From Octopus sinensis (taxonomy: Eukaryota), in contig NC_043001.1 in NCBI RefSeq assembly GCF_006345805.1, forward strand, positions 37,820,001-37,884,000: a stretch of 64,000 bases of DNA, written 5' to 3'. Both the position numbers and the translations under genes were made by a program. Below, piece after piece: positions 26,287-39,396 of this stretch; the stretch's first letter is position 1, and each line of letters starts with the position of its first letter. The notes under the pieces were generated by a model. The model was not told the DNA's origin and searched no databases. It worked only from the letters and a program-made list of their open reading frames with translations.

Positions 26287-27830
26287 ACCAGCTCATAGCA
26301 TTATCTACCTAGTGCCTATGACCAAAGAGGAGATAGCTACTCCGAAATGCCAGCAACTCACAATCTAGATAGGTTGCACTGTGAGCTGATCTAGTTGTAT
26401 ACACACCATTTGTCAACAAGTGAGATATATTCTCCGTGACAAAACGCATTGAGTAGCTTGTTCCCCAGTTTGAATGTGCATCCAGCATATTCGGACTGAT
26501 AATAATATTGCAATTTTACTTATCACTGCTTTGCACTCCCCCTCCATAATTTATTTATGGTGAGCCACTGTATAGCACTACCAGTCACCATATGATGACT
26601 GGAAAAGCATAAGAGAGTCAATCTCATCAGTCAGCTCATAGCATCATCTGCCTAGTGTCTGTGACCAAAGAGGTGAGAACTACTCCAAAATGCTGGCATC
26701 TCACTGTCTAGTTAGGTGAAGCTGTGAGCTGATCTTGGTGTGTACACACCATTTGTCAACAAGCAAGATATATTCTCTGTGACAAAGCTTGGTGAATAGC
26801 TTGTTCCCCAGTTTGAACGTGCATCAAGCATATTTGGACTGATAATAACATTACATTTTATACTGTCTGTGGAAAAAAAGGACTGAGTCTAAGGGCAGCA
26901 GTTAAAGAAATTAATGATGTGGAAGACCTGGGAACAGTTAATGAACAGTTCTCAAGCCTTAATGTGGCACAAAATTGGGTCAAACACTTTGAGGAAAGTG
27001 ACACTAGCCTTGAAGACAAACCACAGTCAGGGAGACACTCTGTAGTGAAAGATGAGGTCTTACTTGAAATGGCTGAATAATGGCCAAGCATAAGCACTTG
27101 TACATTATCAGCAGAACTTGATTCTTCATAAAGCACCATCAATCAACAGCTCCATAAGCTTGGCCTTGTGAACAAGTGCCATCAAGAAGTTTTTCATGGA
27201 CTGATCAGTGACCAGACTCAACAATAGGGGAACATTTGCAAACAACTGCTGACACATCCTTGTGTTGATCGTTTTTGGTGAATTGGAACTAGGTATGAAA
27301 AAGAGATCTATTTTTGTTATCGTAACATGAGAAATCAGTGGTTTCATTTTAACCCGGGTTCAGAACCTGTTGTCAAACAAGCACAGTTTGAATAGAAGGC
27401 CATGTGTGTTTGGTGGGATTTCAAAAATGGGTGTTTTAATCTGAGCTTGTCCCTGGTGGTCTTGCTGTGACTACAAACCTTTATACTCAACAAATGCAGC
27501 AATGAGATACCTTGAAAGCCTGCTACCCAGCATTGGTCAGTTGAAGACATACACTCCTACAGCAGAGCCACTGTGACCAAGTACAAACTTGAGAAGCTTG
27601 AGAGGCTGGAAGTGCTGCCTCATCCTACCTACAGTCCAGACCTTGCACCATCATATTGCCACATATCCTGAATCATGGTTCATTTCCTGCACTGAAGAGG
27701 TGCAACAACGTGGATGAGGTTGAAAATTGGTGCAGGGAATTATTTGCTTCTAAACCAGCCAAAAGGTGTAAGTGTGGACTTGAGCTTCTGGCTCAATATA
27801 TGCAATATACTCTGAGGAATAAACACTTTT
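26287..27830 (+). mobile_element. Decayed mariner with a duplicated ~230-bp 5' segment
   Basis: Two diverged copies (from about 26287 and 26630) precede transposase remnants W.KHFEE.D.SLEDKP.SGR and HPTYSPDLAPS. Confidence 0.65.
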
Positions 27831-27834
<4 letters not shown>

Positions 27835-27896
<62 letters not shown>

Positions 27897-27936
27897 GGCT
27901 ATTTATTAAAATTTGAAATACAAAAAAACTTTGTGT

Positions 27937-27995
<59 letters not shown>
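27835..27995. repeat. (TA)n and (TG)n microsatellites
   Basis: Direct reading. Confidence 0.95.
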
Positions 27996-27997
<2 letters not shown>

Positions 27998-28147
27998 TTA
28001 CTGTTTGCTTTTATGTTGTAACAAAATCAATTCTACATTTAATTGAAGGATTACTCAATACATTTGGTAGAGTACAAATTTATTATTCTTTAACAAGAAT
28101 AGTATTGAGAGTAACTTTGAAGTTTTGACTAGCTATGCTATCACTGG

Positions 28148-28215
<68 letters not shown>

Positions 28216-28588
28216 AAATAAATTTGTTGAGCAGAGAGTGTTTACAATTCTTGTCTCTTTGTAACATCAAATGATTCTTTTTCTTTAGGGGTTGTGTGCT
28301 ACTTTTTCATGTCACAGACCAGAGTCCAATGATCCACTCTGCTAGCCTTACCGATTGATTTATTAACTTTGGTTTCTATTTCAGTCTATGGATGAGACTT
28401 TTATTCTTATCTTACATAGACATCCACCCCTACATATAGTTCCTGAGCCCACAGGTGAAATCCACCATATAAGAGAGAAAATTGTAAGAGATAATGACTA
28501 TAACGAATATGAGGATGTAAGGGACAGAGAATATTCCCATTTTCATTCATGGAATTAAATTTAATTTCAATTTCTGTTTTTGTTTCAG

Positions 28589-28683
28589 AACATGGGCGCC
28601 AAACAGAATATTCTTGTCCAACGATTCCATACACACTGCCACCAACTATACAACCACAAACACACGGGCACCAACAACACTAA
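28589..28683 (+). CDS. MAM-domain gene exon 5, coding part as assembled (E-HGRQTEYSCPTIPYTLPPTIQPQTHGHQQH*)
   Basis: TTTCTGTTTTTGTTTCAG acceptor, phase 1 matching exon 4; supplies the terminal MAM Cys (8 Cys total in the ectodomain); stop at 28681-28683; ~191-aa product. Confidence 0.62.
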
Positions 28684-29557
28684 TTACAACCACATCCCCA
28701 CTGACCACCACCACTTCACCAACAACTACATCTACACTAACTACAACTACCCCACAACCCTCAACCACACCAGCACAAACTACAACTGCAACCACAGCAC
28801 CAGTGACTACCACCACCACTACCACTACCACTATACCACAAACTACAATCACACCCCTAACAACAACCACTGCAACCACACCTCCAACAACTACCACCAC
28901 AACCACACCACCACAAATTACAACCACACCCCTAACACTATAACTACAACATTACCAGCCACTACTAAACCAGAACTAACAACAACTACAATACTAACTA
29001 CACCAACCATCAAAACAACCCTTTCACCAAGGACATCAACAAAAGGTACAAACCTCCCAAGCTCAATAATGAGTTCAACAATGGAATATTTTTTAAGCAA
29101 AACTATTTCAAAATTATTTGCGACTTTCCATCCTGGTAAAGATATTTCAACAGTTTCAATATTGGACATTATAAAGAACAATACAAAGATGTTTAATACC
29201 AATACTCCTATGCACTAATCGTTTATAGCATCTACAATTAACAATATACAACCAACAACTTTGTTTAATAATAGCACAAATGAACAGAAACAGACTAAGA
29301 CAACACCTGTAGCAAATCAAGTTACTAACCCAAGCAATGGTTTTACTGTTTACCCATCAGGAAGGGTTAATATCATATCTTATTCCACCACTGAGAGTAG
29401 CAGTAATAAATTTGATGAACTGAAAAGCTATCTTCGCAAAAAAATAATAATTATTCTTGCTTCCATTTTTGATATTGCATGCATTTAGGCAATTATCTAC
29501 TTGATTATGTGGAGTATACAAAGGTCAGATTTGCTAAATGAAGGGAGATTAGTCTAA
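28650..29557 (+). pseudogene. Disrupted Thr/Pro-rich mucin stalk + transmembrane helix + short tail continuing exon 5
   Basis: Thr-rich frames switch by -1 near 28650 and 28938; in-frame stops at 29216 and 29486; LRKK-IIIILASIFDIACI*AIIYLIMWS-IQRSDLLNEGRLV*. Confidence 0.65.
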
Positions 29558-30062
29558 CAAGTTTTGATCATAGACAGAGCTGCTTAATAGATCTTACATA
29601 AAATTCTGTCTGCTAACACACACCCACATACAGACACACTCACACAGTTTGTCCATAAACTATTGATTATGCTAAGCAATGAATTTTGGTAATAGAAATG
29701 TAGAATAAAGTATACAGTATATAGAATAGCACTAGTCTTTTTGAATTTAATTGATTATACAAAATAAAAAGATATCTGTTAACATTTGTCCAATGTTCTT
29801 TGATTACACTTGAATTCCAAAGCTAAAATTCTGTATTGCTAGCATAAGGTATACCTTGTATATTTCCAGTTCCCCAAATACAATGCAAAGTACACCCCTA
29901 ATTTATTAATCTCAGCATCATCAAGTCACTCAAAATGTGCTTGGACATTTACTGCATTTATTCCTCTATAACACATGCTCATGTGTTATGAAAATATTCA
30001 TTTTTATTACCTTGCAACTGAAATAAAATGAATAAAAAATTAAATATTTATACATACATATA

Positions 30063-30922
30063 CAAGGGAATACCCAAAAATAACTGGAAGACTTCACTGT
30101 AGGACAAGCCCGTAATAGTTCATGCTTCTACCACTAGAAGCCACTTGATGTGACCCTCAGGCATCAGTCTGCCAATCAGTGGTGGCTGGTGGGATCATAC
30201 TGCCACATGGTGTGTCTCTGTTTTGTGGTGTTTCTCCTCTGTTCATTGACTTTTGTGATGGCTGTAATAACGGAACAGTGTGCTTCCATGAAATTTTGTT
30301 TTCTGCTGGGGAAAAACGGCAGCTGAAACAGTTGTCAGGCTCCAATCAGCTTACATGGATGCTGCCATGAACAAAACACAAGTTAATGAGTGGTTTCCAC
30401 ACTTTAGGAATGTTTACTTGTTGCTTGAAGACCAACCTCATTCAGGATGAGCATCAACCTCCTGAATGAATGAAAACATCATGAAAATTCATGAACTGAC
30501 CTTGGAGGATTGTCACCAAACAACTGACAAACTTGTTGATATGACTGATGTGTTTGGAGCTCCTGCCAACGAATTTTGAGTGAGGAATTGCAAATAAAAA
30601 GAGTTTATGCCTTGCTTGTTCACAGAAGATCAAAAGCAGTCACAACTACATGCATGTTGCAAACGGAGCCCTTTTTGTCAAAAGTCATTACTGGTGATGA
30701 AAGTTGGTGCTATGGAATTTTCAGATGTGGCAGAGTTGAAGAAAAAACGACATAGGCATTAAAAGGCATCACTTCTCAAGAGTTCCAGCACTACTTTGAA
30801 TGGTAGAAAATGCGTATTGCTTCAAATGGAGAATATTTTGAAGGTGATAAAAGAGTAAGCATATAAATCTTAGTGAATAAAATAATACTGCAAAATTCTA
30901 GTTTCTTTTGGGTACTCCCTCC
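30063..30922 (+). mobile_element. Internally deleted mariner
   Basis: TA-flanked TIRs (AGGGAATACCCAAAAATAACT / AGGGAGTACCCAAAAGAAACT), motifs LEDQPHSG and VITGDESWCY. Confidence 0.85.
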
Positions 30923-30974
30923 TATATATATATATAATATATATATATATATATAATATATATATATATATAAA

Positions 30975-31312
30975 TCAAATGGAAATTGTAGTAGTGATCC
31001 CCGTGACAATGGCACTTAAAAAGCACCATTCAAACATGGCCGATGCCAGCGCCACCTTGACTGGCTTCTGTGCTGGGGGCACGTAAAAAACACCAACTGA
31101 TCATGGTCGTTGCCAGCCTCCTCTGGCCCCTTTGCCAGTAGTACATAAAAAGCACCCACTATATTCTCAGAGTGGTTAGTGTTAGGAAGAGCATCCAGCA
31201 GTAGAAGCACTGCCAGATCAGACTGGAGCCTGGTACAGCCTCTTGGCTTCCCAGACCCCAGTCAAACCCATGCCAGCATGGAAAACAGACGTTAAACAAT
31301 GATGAAGATGAT
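30975..31312 (+). mobile_element. RTE 3' UTR fragment
   Basis: GGCAC.TAAAAAGCACC repeats, terminal motif, GAT tail. Confidence 0.82.
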
Positions 31313-31614
31313 ATAGGCTGACAATATGTGTATGTGTGTGTGTGTATGTGTGTGTACATATATATATGACGGCTGGCCAGATAGCAAGACACCACCAGCT
31401 ACTTGTGCAGCCACACAATCCAAGAAATTCTCTTTTTTAATGTATCTGGTGTCCTAGAATGTCAATCTCACTTCTAACAATACCATGTAGTCTGCATTGA
31501 CCACTAACAGCCCAGTTTTTGGTAACTATCTTGGTCTTCCTGCTTCTCTCCAGCTATCTCTCTCTAAGAATCTCATGAAACCCTAAGTCACATGGGGCTG
31601 AATAAAACTGTTTT

Positions 31615-31828
31615 AAGTAATGGGAACAGTGAGCAAAAATCTCAAGAAGTACATGGAACAAATAGGGGCTGCAATAAGGGTGGAGCACTTGCAGAAAACA
31701 GCACTGTTTGGGACCACTCAGATACTCCAGAAGGTGCTCGAAAAACAAGAGGTGTTACTTAAGTTCACTAGTAGTGAATAGCTGACACTGTAGTACATCT
31801 CCAGCATTAGAAGCTGTGCAAAGGCAAT
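31615..31828 (+). mobile_element. R4/Dong LINE 3' end
   Basis: Same family as 2151-2326; followed by (TAA)n/(GAT)n. Confidence 0.75.
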
Positions 31829-31829
31829 C

Positions 31830-31899
<70 letters not shown>

Positions 31900-31949
31900 T
31901 GATGATGATGATGATGATAACGACGATGACGACGACGATGATGATGACA

Positions 31950-32500
31950 TAGTATGTTAGTCTTAAAGAGAGGAAAAATCAAATGTATGGACAAGCTAAC
32001 GATACCGTCGGGGCAGGTTATGAAGCAGATAGAAGAGACAGGCTATAAGTACTTGAGGATTTTGGAAATGAATAAACTGATGGAGAAAGAAATGACAGAA
32101 AAATTTGAGGTAGAGTACTTGTGCAGACTGAGAATGATACTTAAGTCGTAACTAAATGGATGAAAGATTGCAAAGATAAAGGACTGTACAAGCAATTGAA
32201 AATGAATGAAACTGAAAATAGGTGAGTAAAGAAAAGAATGCATGGTCAATTTCATAGGGATGTTGAAGATAAGACAGACAGTGAAAAAAGATGGCTGTGG
32301 ATGACTAAAAGTGATTTAAAACCAGAAACGGAGGCTCTAATCTGTGCTGCCCAAGAGCAAGCACTAAGAACAAACTACATAAAATACAGAATAGACAACA
32401 CATCAGAAAGTGGTAAGTGCAGAATCTGTGGACAAAATGGTGAAACTGTATGGCATATTACCAGCCAATGTACACCACTAGCCCAGAAGGATGTAAACGT
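31950..32500 (+). mobile_element. R4/Dong-type LINE fragment (RT end joined to CCHC region)
   Basis: LKRGK...YKYL.ILE and HGQFHR...ETEALICAAQEQALRTN...CRICG..ET..HITSQC. Confidence 0.8.
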
Positions 32501-32504
32501 ATAA

Positions 32505-34670
32505 GTGGGTAAAGTGCCTAACTGGAAAGCCCCTAGACCAGATGGGATTCATGGCTTCTGGTTAAAGAGATGCCACACGGTGCATGAAAGACTAGCAGCT
32601 CAATTGAATGAGTGTGTGCAAAAAGGTTCAGTCTCCCCGTGGATAGTGACTGGGAGCACAACACTTGTAATGAAAGGAGAAAGGGGAATATCGTGGGAAA
32701 CTACCATCCCATAGCATGCCTACACATAATCTGGAAGATATTCACTGGAATATGTGCAGCAAAGACAGGAAGAAATACTACCAAGGGAACAAAAAGGATG
32801 TAGGAAGAGTTCTCAGAGTACCAAAGATCACCTGGTCATCGATAAGACAGTTTTGAGGCATTGTAAAAAACATCATACAAACATGTCTATGGCTTGGATT
32901 GACTTTACGAAGGCATATGATATGGTGCCTCATCCTTGGATCGTCGAATGCATGCAGATGTTTGGGATTGCTGACAACATCACAAATTTTCTGATGCATA
33001 GCTTGAAAGAGTGGAAAACCAATTGTACTCAAGTAATGTATTCTTTGGAGAAGTTAGTATTAAAAGAGGAATCTTCCAAGGTGACTTGTTTTCGCCGTTA
33101 CTTTTTTTAATTGCACTAATACCCATAATAATGACACTTAAGAAAGTTAATATGGGATACCGATGTGGGAAGAAAGGCCCATCATTGAACCATTTTCTGT
33201 TTATGGATGACCTGAAATTGTTTGGGAAATCTAAAAAACAGATAGATCCCTTAACCAAAACAGTCTAGAAGTGTGGTAGGGACATCGGTATGGAACTTGG
33301 GATTACTGAATGCTCAGTACTTAATATGAAATTAGGGAAAAAAGCAGCCTGTAGTATATTGCAGTTATCATCAGGAGATACCATGGGTGAACCCAATGGT
33401 AGTGAGTATAGATATTTAGGGATTTGGGAGCTGGATGACATTCTACACAGAGAAATGAAAGTCAAGGTCAGCAAAAAAAGGGTGAAGATGGTGGTGAAAT
33501 CCAACATGAATGCCAAAAATTTGATTACCGCAATGAATATCTGGGTAATTGTGGTGGTCAGATATAGTGTATCCATCCTCAAATGGATTAAGGAGGAAAT
33601 ATCAATACTGGATAGAAGGTCAAGAAAGTTGATGACGCTGCATGGGGCACTACACCCTAAAGCAAATGTAAACAGATTGTATATGAAAAGTTAGAATGAT
33701 GGCAGAGGACTAATTAGTATAGACCATTGTATAAGGAGTGAAAGGAGAATGCTTGCCAAGTATTTGATAAATAGTGATGAAGACCTGCTGCAATATGCTG
33801 CAAAAGATATGGGTGTAAATGCTGATGAAATGATGGGCAAGGAAGAGTTTAACCAAAGAGCTGAGGAGAAGAGAAAAGAAGACCTTCTTGAAATGAGAAC
33901 TCATGGGCAGTTTGAAAGGAATACACAAGACGTTAAGGATAATAGAGCATCATGGGCATGGCTTGAGTGAGGTGATTTGAAGCGTGCAACCGAAAGCCTG
34001 ATCATTGCTGCACAAGACCAGGATCTCTCTACCAATTCAGTGAAGTATAAATAACATCTATAAAACTTCTGACACCCAGAAATGCAGACTCTGTGGAAAA
34101 TGTGATCCACTTGGAAAGTGGATGTGATAGCCTTGCACTAAAAAAAATACAAGCACCGCCATGATAAAGTGTGTGTGTATCTTCATTGGCTCTTATGCTG
34201 TAAATACCAATATGAAGTGACAGAGAATTGGTATGAGCATGTACCAAGTAAAGTTATGCAGGAGGATAGAAAAGTAACGATACTCTGGGACTATGATTTT
34301 CAGACGGATCATGTAATCAAACACTGTTGGCCGAATATTGTCATATTGAATAAGAGAGACAAATACTGTCAGATCATTGATGTAGCCATACCAAATGATA
34401 TGAATGTAGTGAGTAAAGAAGTTGAAAAAATCACCAAGTACTCCAAATTGAAAGTGGAAATGGCATGACTGTATGGAATGCGAGAGGGTAATGTAAAAGT
34501 GATACCACTGGTGATCGGAGCACTGGGCTTAATCCCATTGAAACTTCAAAATTTCTTAAGGTAACTGGAAATCTCATGCAAGATTGATGTCTTACAAAAA
34601 GCAGTCTTATTGGGCACAGTGCACATCTTATGGAAAGTATTATCTGTTTGAAGTCCTTCTTGGGACTTGA
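32505..34670 (+). mobile_element. Degenerate 5'-truncated R4/Dong LINE (third subfamily)
   Basis: [62 protein letters not shown]...IIDVAIP; many stops; TAA tail. Confidence 0.88.
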
Positions 34671-34719
34671 CAGATGACTAAAGACTCCGGTGCATTTTTA
34701 CATACACTGTGTTACAAAG

Positions 34720-34782
<63 letters not shown>

Positions 34783-34830
34783 CAACAACAACAATAACAA
34801 CAACAACAACAATAATAATAAATAATAATA

Positions 34831-35379
34831 ATGCCCTGATGCCAAACAGTGGCTCTCGTGGCTTCTGATCTTAACTGACTGGAAGTTGTATCATGTATAT
34901 AGTTTTGTCTTGGTATAAAAGATGGGCTACAACAAATATTCTGCTCAATATGACAGATTTGCTTGTCAATTGTTTTACCTTAACCATTTGAGTATGTCCC
35001 ATGGTAGCAAATAATATGTGCATCTCTGATCATGAGCAGAAATAGTGGAGAAACATCATAGCTATGTGTTGAGAAGAATTCTTTGGGCTTTGGATAATTC
35101 ACCTCTGGAAACATGGGTGTTTCATTCAACAACCTTAAACAAACCTTATTCAGAGCCCTTTTGAGCAGGATGGGCTACTCGACCTGAAGAAAATTCTAAC
35201 TGGGCCTCACCTGCAACGTCATATGCTGTTTATCTTGATATGAGATCACCATGTCATGCATATATGGTTGTGTTGCATGTGCCTGGTGTACCCTTATCAG
35301 ACATGATAGGTATGATGGGTATACTGGGTTTCATATATTTTACCCCAATATCACTTTGATCGCATGCACTGCTCTCTCA
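34831..35379 (+). mobile_element. ~560-bp TAA-flanked non-coding repeat (copy 2 of 3)
   Basis: Same ends as 3681-4239. Confidence 0.8.
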
Positions 35380-35405
35380 ATAATAACAATAATAATAGTA
35401 ACAAT

Positions 35406-35615
35406 CTTTTCTACTGGAAGTACAAGGCCTCAAATTTAGGGGAAGGGATTAAGTTGATTACATCGATCCCAGTTTGTAACTGGTGCTTGATTTATTGACC
35501 CCGAAAGGATTAAAGGCAAAGTTGACCTTGGTGGAATTTGAACTCAGAACATACTGACAAGCAATACTGCTAATCATTTTGCCCGGAGTGCTAACAATTC
35601 TGCCAGCTCACTGCC

Positions 35616-35617
<2 letters not shown>
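35406..35617 (-). mobile_element. tRNA-derived SINE (family 3)
   Basis: Minus strand GGCAGTGAGCTGGCAGAA...GAGTTCAAATTCC (A/B-box-like) then CTTTAATCCTTTCGGGGTCAATAAA; its tail also occurs at about 4822-4856. Confidence 0.7.
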
Positions 35618-35680
<63 letters not shown>

Positions 35681-35686
<6 letters not shown>

Positions 35687-38600
35687 CAACAAACCCAGAC
35701 TGTAAGACAAACAGCAAGCCAAAACACGGCAAACAAACATATAAATAAGAAAGAAAGCGACACAAAGCTAAAACCTGGAAACAACGAAGGGGAGCCTAAT
35801 GATTATGATAATATAAAAAGTAAAATAATCAAAGAACTGAAAACCACAGAGCTCAAAATGGACCACTGACCATACCTCCCAAGAATCAAAATAGACAAAA
35901 CAACAACACCAATTATAAACAGCATAAACCTAGCCGTCATGGAACTAATAGCCACTGAAACAAAAAGCGATATCACTGAGCTAAATGACTTAGTATACGC
36001 AGCAGCCACTGCAGCCACAAAAGAAGCTGGATACTCACTCAAACCCATCCAAACAGGAGTACCACCACCCAAACAAACCCTGTGGATAAATAACATCCGA
36101 AACAAAATACAAAAAAATGAGAAAAGATCTGTTGATTCTTAATGAAATCAGTAGACAATCAACGCTACTGAGCAGCAAAAAGAAAACAAAAATACTCCCC
36201 AAATATAACATCACAGAAAAAGATTTACCTGAGATAAAAGAAAAGCTGAAGCAAGATATCCTTGCTAAAGCACAAAGGATCCGCCGGCACAAGAAACGCC
36301 GGCGCTTCTTTGAACAAAATAAAAAGTTCAACTCCAACCCCAAAAAGTTCTACCAAGAACTTGGCAAAAATAAAATAGAAATCACTGCAGCACCAACGGC
36401 AGAAGAAGTGGAAGAATTCTGGAGAGAAATATGGTCGGCGAACGAACAACCAAAAACAGGGAGTATCAAAACAACAAACTCAGCATCTGAGCAACTTTGG
36501 ACCCCCATAACAACTGAAGAGGTTACCCAGGCACTGCAAAGACTAAGCAACTGGAAGGCACCTGGGCATGACAAGATCCCCAACTTCTGGTTGAAATATC
36601 TAACAGGAATGCACAAAAAGCTTTAACAACATACTAGCAGAGCCAGAGACAATGCCTGAATGGCTCACGAAGGGGAAAACCATCTTAATTCCCAAATCAA
36701 ATGAGACAGCAAAACCAGAAAACTACAGACCAATAACCTGTCTCCCTACAATGTACAAGGCATTTACTGCAGTGATATCGCAAAGGTTGAACAAGCACCT
36801 GGACGAAAACAACCTGTTCCCAGAAGAGCAGAAAAGATGCCGCAAAGGCTCATATGGCTGTAAAGATCAACTAATGATTAATAAAGCCATAACTGAAGAC
36901 AGCCGCAGAAAGAAGAAAGGCCTCAGTATGGCCTGGATCGACTACAAAAAGGCGTTTGATAGCATCCCCCACACATGGATCCTCGAAACACTAGCCATTA
37001 ACAAAGTAGCACCAACAATCATAAAATTCATAGGGCACTCTATGAATAAATGGCAAACAGTGCTACAGCTCCAAACAAAAGAGGGACTCATGAAAACCAA
37101 AGCCATCCCCATTAGAAGAGGAATATTCCAGGGAGACACGCTCTCTCCACTCCTTTTCTGCTTGGCACTGTCACCTCTATCTGATATGCTAAATAGAACT
37201 GGATGCGGATATAAATGTTACGGCAAAACGATCAGCCACCTTTTATATATGGATGACCTAAAACTATACACTGCAAATGACAAACAGCTGGAAACACTAT
37301 TAAAGACAGTTCATGGATTTACCAAAGAAATAGATATGAAATTTGGATTAGAAAAATGCGCCAAAGTAACCATGAAAAGAGGAAAACTAGTTAAGAGTAG
37401 CAACATCACACTAGATAAAATCAATGAAATAAAAAAATTAGAACGAAGCCAAACTTACAAATACTTAGGAATCCATGAACTAGATAAGACACAACACACA
37501 CAAATGAAAGAGAAAATAAAAAAAGAATATTATAGACGAGTTAGATCAATACTAAAAACAGAGCTCAATGCTAAAAACAAGATAATAGGTATTAACACTT
37601 TAGCTGTCCCAGTTATAAGTTACAGCTACAATATCCTTAACTGGACACTAAATGAACTGACCAAAATAGATAGGAAAACAAGAAAAATAATGACAGGATC
37701 TAGGATGCATCACCCAAAATCTGACATAGAAAGACTATATATACAACGTATAGAAGGTGGTAGAGGCCTTATACAACTGGAAAACTACTATAAAATAACT
37801 ACCATAGGACTGCAAAAATATCTACTTCAGAAGGAAGGAAAACTGATACAAATAGCGGCAAAACACAGCAAAACAAAAACTTTTCTCAGTATTTAAGGAA
37901 GCTGACAAATACAAACAAGAAATCATACCACCTAATAAATATGAAGAAGAAGAAGAAGAAGAAGAGAAGAAGAAGAAGAAGAAGAGAATGAAGAAGAAGA
38001 AGAAGAAGAAGAAGAAGAAGAAGAAGAAGAGAAGAAGAAGAATAAGAGAAGAAAGAAGAAAGAAGAAAAGAAGAAGAAGAAGAAAAGAAGAAGAAGAAGA
38101 AACGGAACAAAAGCTATAAAACAAATGAAATCCAAACTAAAAATAGAACAGCAAACGAACCATGATAAAACAATGGCAAGAAAAGCCCCTTCATGGTAAA
38201 TACTGGACTGAACTAAACGCAAAAGAATAGACAAAGAAAAATCCCAGCAATGTTGAGAAGCTCAGGACTCAAAGCAGAGACAGAGGGATTTTTAATTGCA
38301 GCACAAGACCAAAGCCTCGCCATCAGAAATTACCAAAAACATGTAATGAAAAGAATATAACAAGTAACTGCAGAATGTGGAGATGGACGAGAAACAATAA
38401 ATCATATTATCTCTAGCTGCCCAGTCCTGGCTAAGAAGGAATATTTCACAGACATGACAGAGTTGGAACCTACTACACTTGAAGCTATGCCAACATTATG
38501 GAATAACAACAGAAAAAAGATGGTATAGGCACACACCAGAAAGGTCACAGAAAACGAGAAAGCAACCATACTCTGGGATATGCCGATACACACAGATAGA

Positions 38601-39026
38601 GAAATTAAGACCAAGACCAGATATAGTTGTCAGAGATCATGAAGAAAAAAAATGCTTTCTAATTGATGTCATCATACCGCAGATGACAACGTGTCTCTAA
38701 AAGAAATGGAGAAACTCTCAAAATACAAAGACCTGGAAATAGAGGTAACCAGAATGGGAATCTAAAAACAGAAACAATTCCTATCATAGTAGGTGCATTA
38801 GGCATGATAAAAAAATATTCAGACAAATACATAACAAAAACACCAGGACTTACAAACACATAAACATACAGAAAATTGCACTACTAGGCACTGCACCCAA
38901 CTCTACGCAAACACTTTCCATACAATAACCATCAGAGCATCACAACCAATCACAGCACATACCTAAGGCACACAGTGCTGCGCTCGGTAGTGAAGTGAAA
39001 GCACTCTATAAAAATAAAACTAGTGA
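35681..39026 (+). mobile_element. Long young R4/Dong LINE (RT + poly-Glu + CCHC + RLE), 5'-truncated, frameshifted
   Basis: 414-aa RT ORF 36652-37896 (WIDYKKAFDSIPH, GIFQGDTLSPLLF, YMDDLKLY), RPDIVV...IDV endonuclease motif; (TAA)n on both sides. Confidence 0.93.
37942..38101 (+). repeat. (GAA)n tract inside the LINE coding region
   Basis: About 160 bp here versus about 55 bp at the orthologous position (2677-2731). Confidence 0.9.
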
Positions 39027-39084
39027 ATAATAATAATAATAATTACATGAGTGTTTTGTTCATCACCCTTAAACAAACTTTATT

Positions 39085-39353
39085 CAGAGACCAATGCCAG
39101 TACCCCCTGACTAGCTCTCATGCCAGTGGCATTTAAAAAGTACCATCCAAAAGGGATCAATGCCAGGCCCACCAGACTGGCTCCTGTGCTGGTGGTACAT
39201 AAAAAGCACCCACTACACTCTCAGGAAGTGATCCAGCTGTAGAAACATTGCCAGATCAGAGTGGAGCCTGGTGCAGCTGCTGGCTCTCCAGACCTCAGTC
39301 AAACTGTCCAACCCATGCCAGCATGGAAAACAGGTTTTAAAGATGATGATGAT
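39085..39353 (+). mobile_element. Older RTE 3' UTR fragment
   Basis: Terminal motif and GAT tail immediately upstream of the (AT)n that precedes the array. Confidence 0.8.
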
Positions 39354-39396
39354 GGTATATACATATATATATACAAATATATATATATATATATAT

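Noticed and set aside
28420-28454. Mini-exon HPPLHIVPEPT before exon 5
   Set aside because: Phases are incompatible with exon 4; the phase-1 reading hits a stop.
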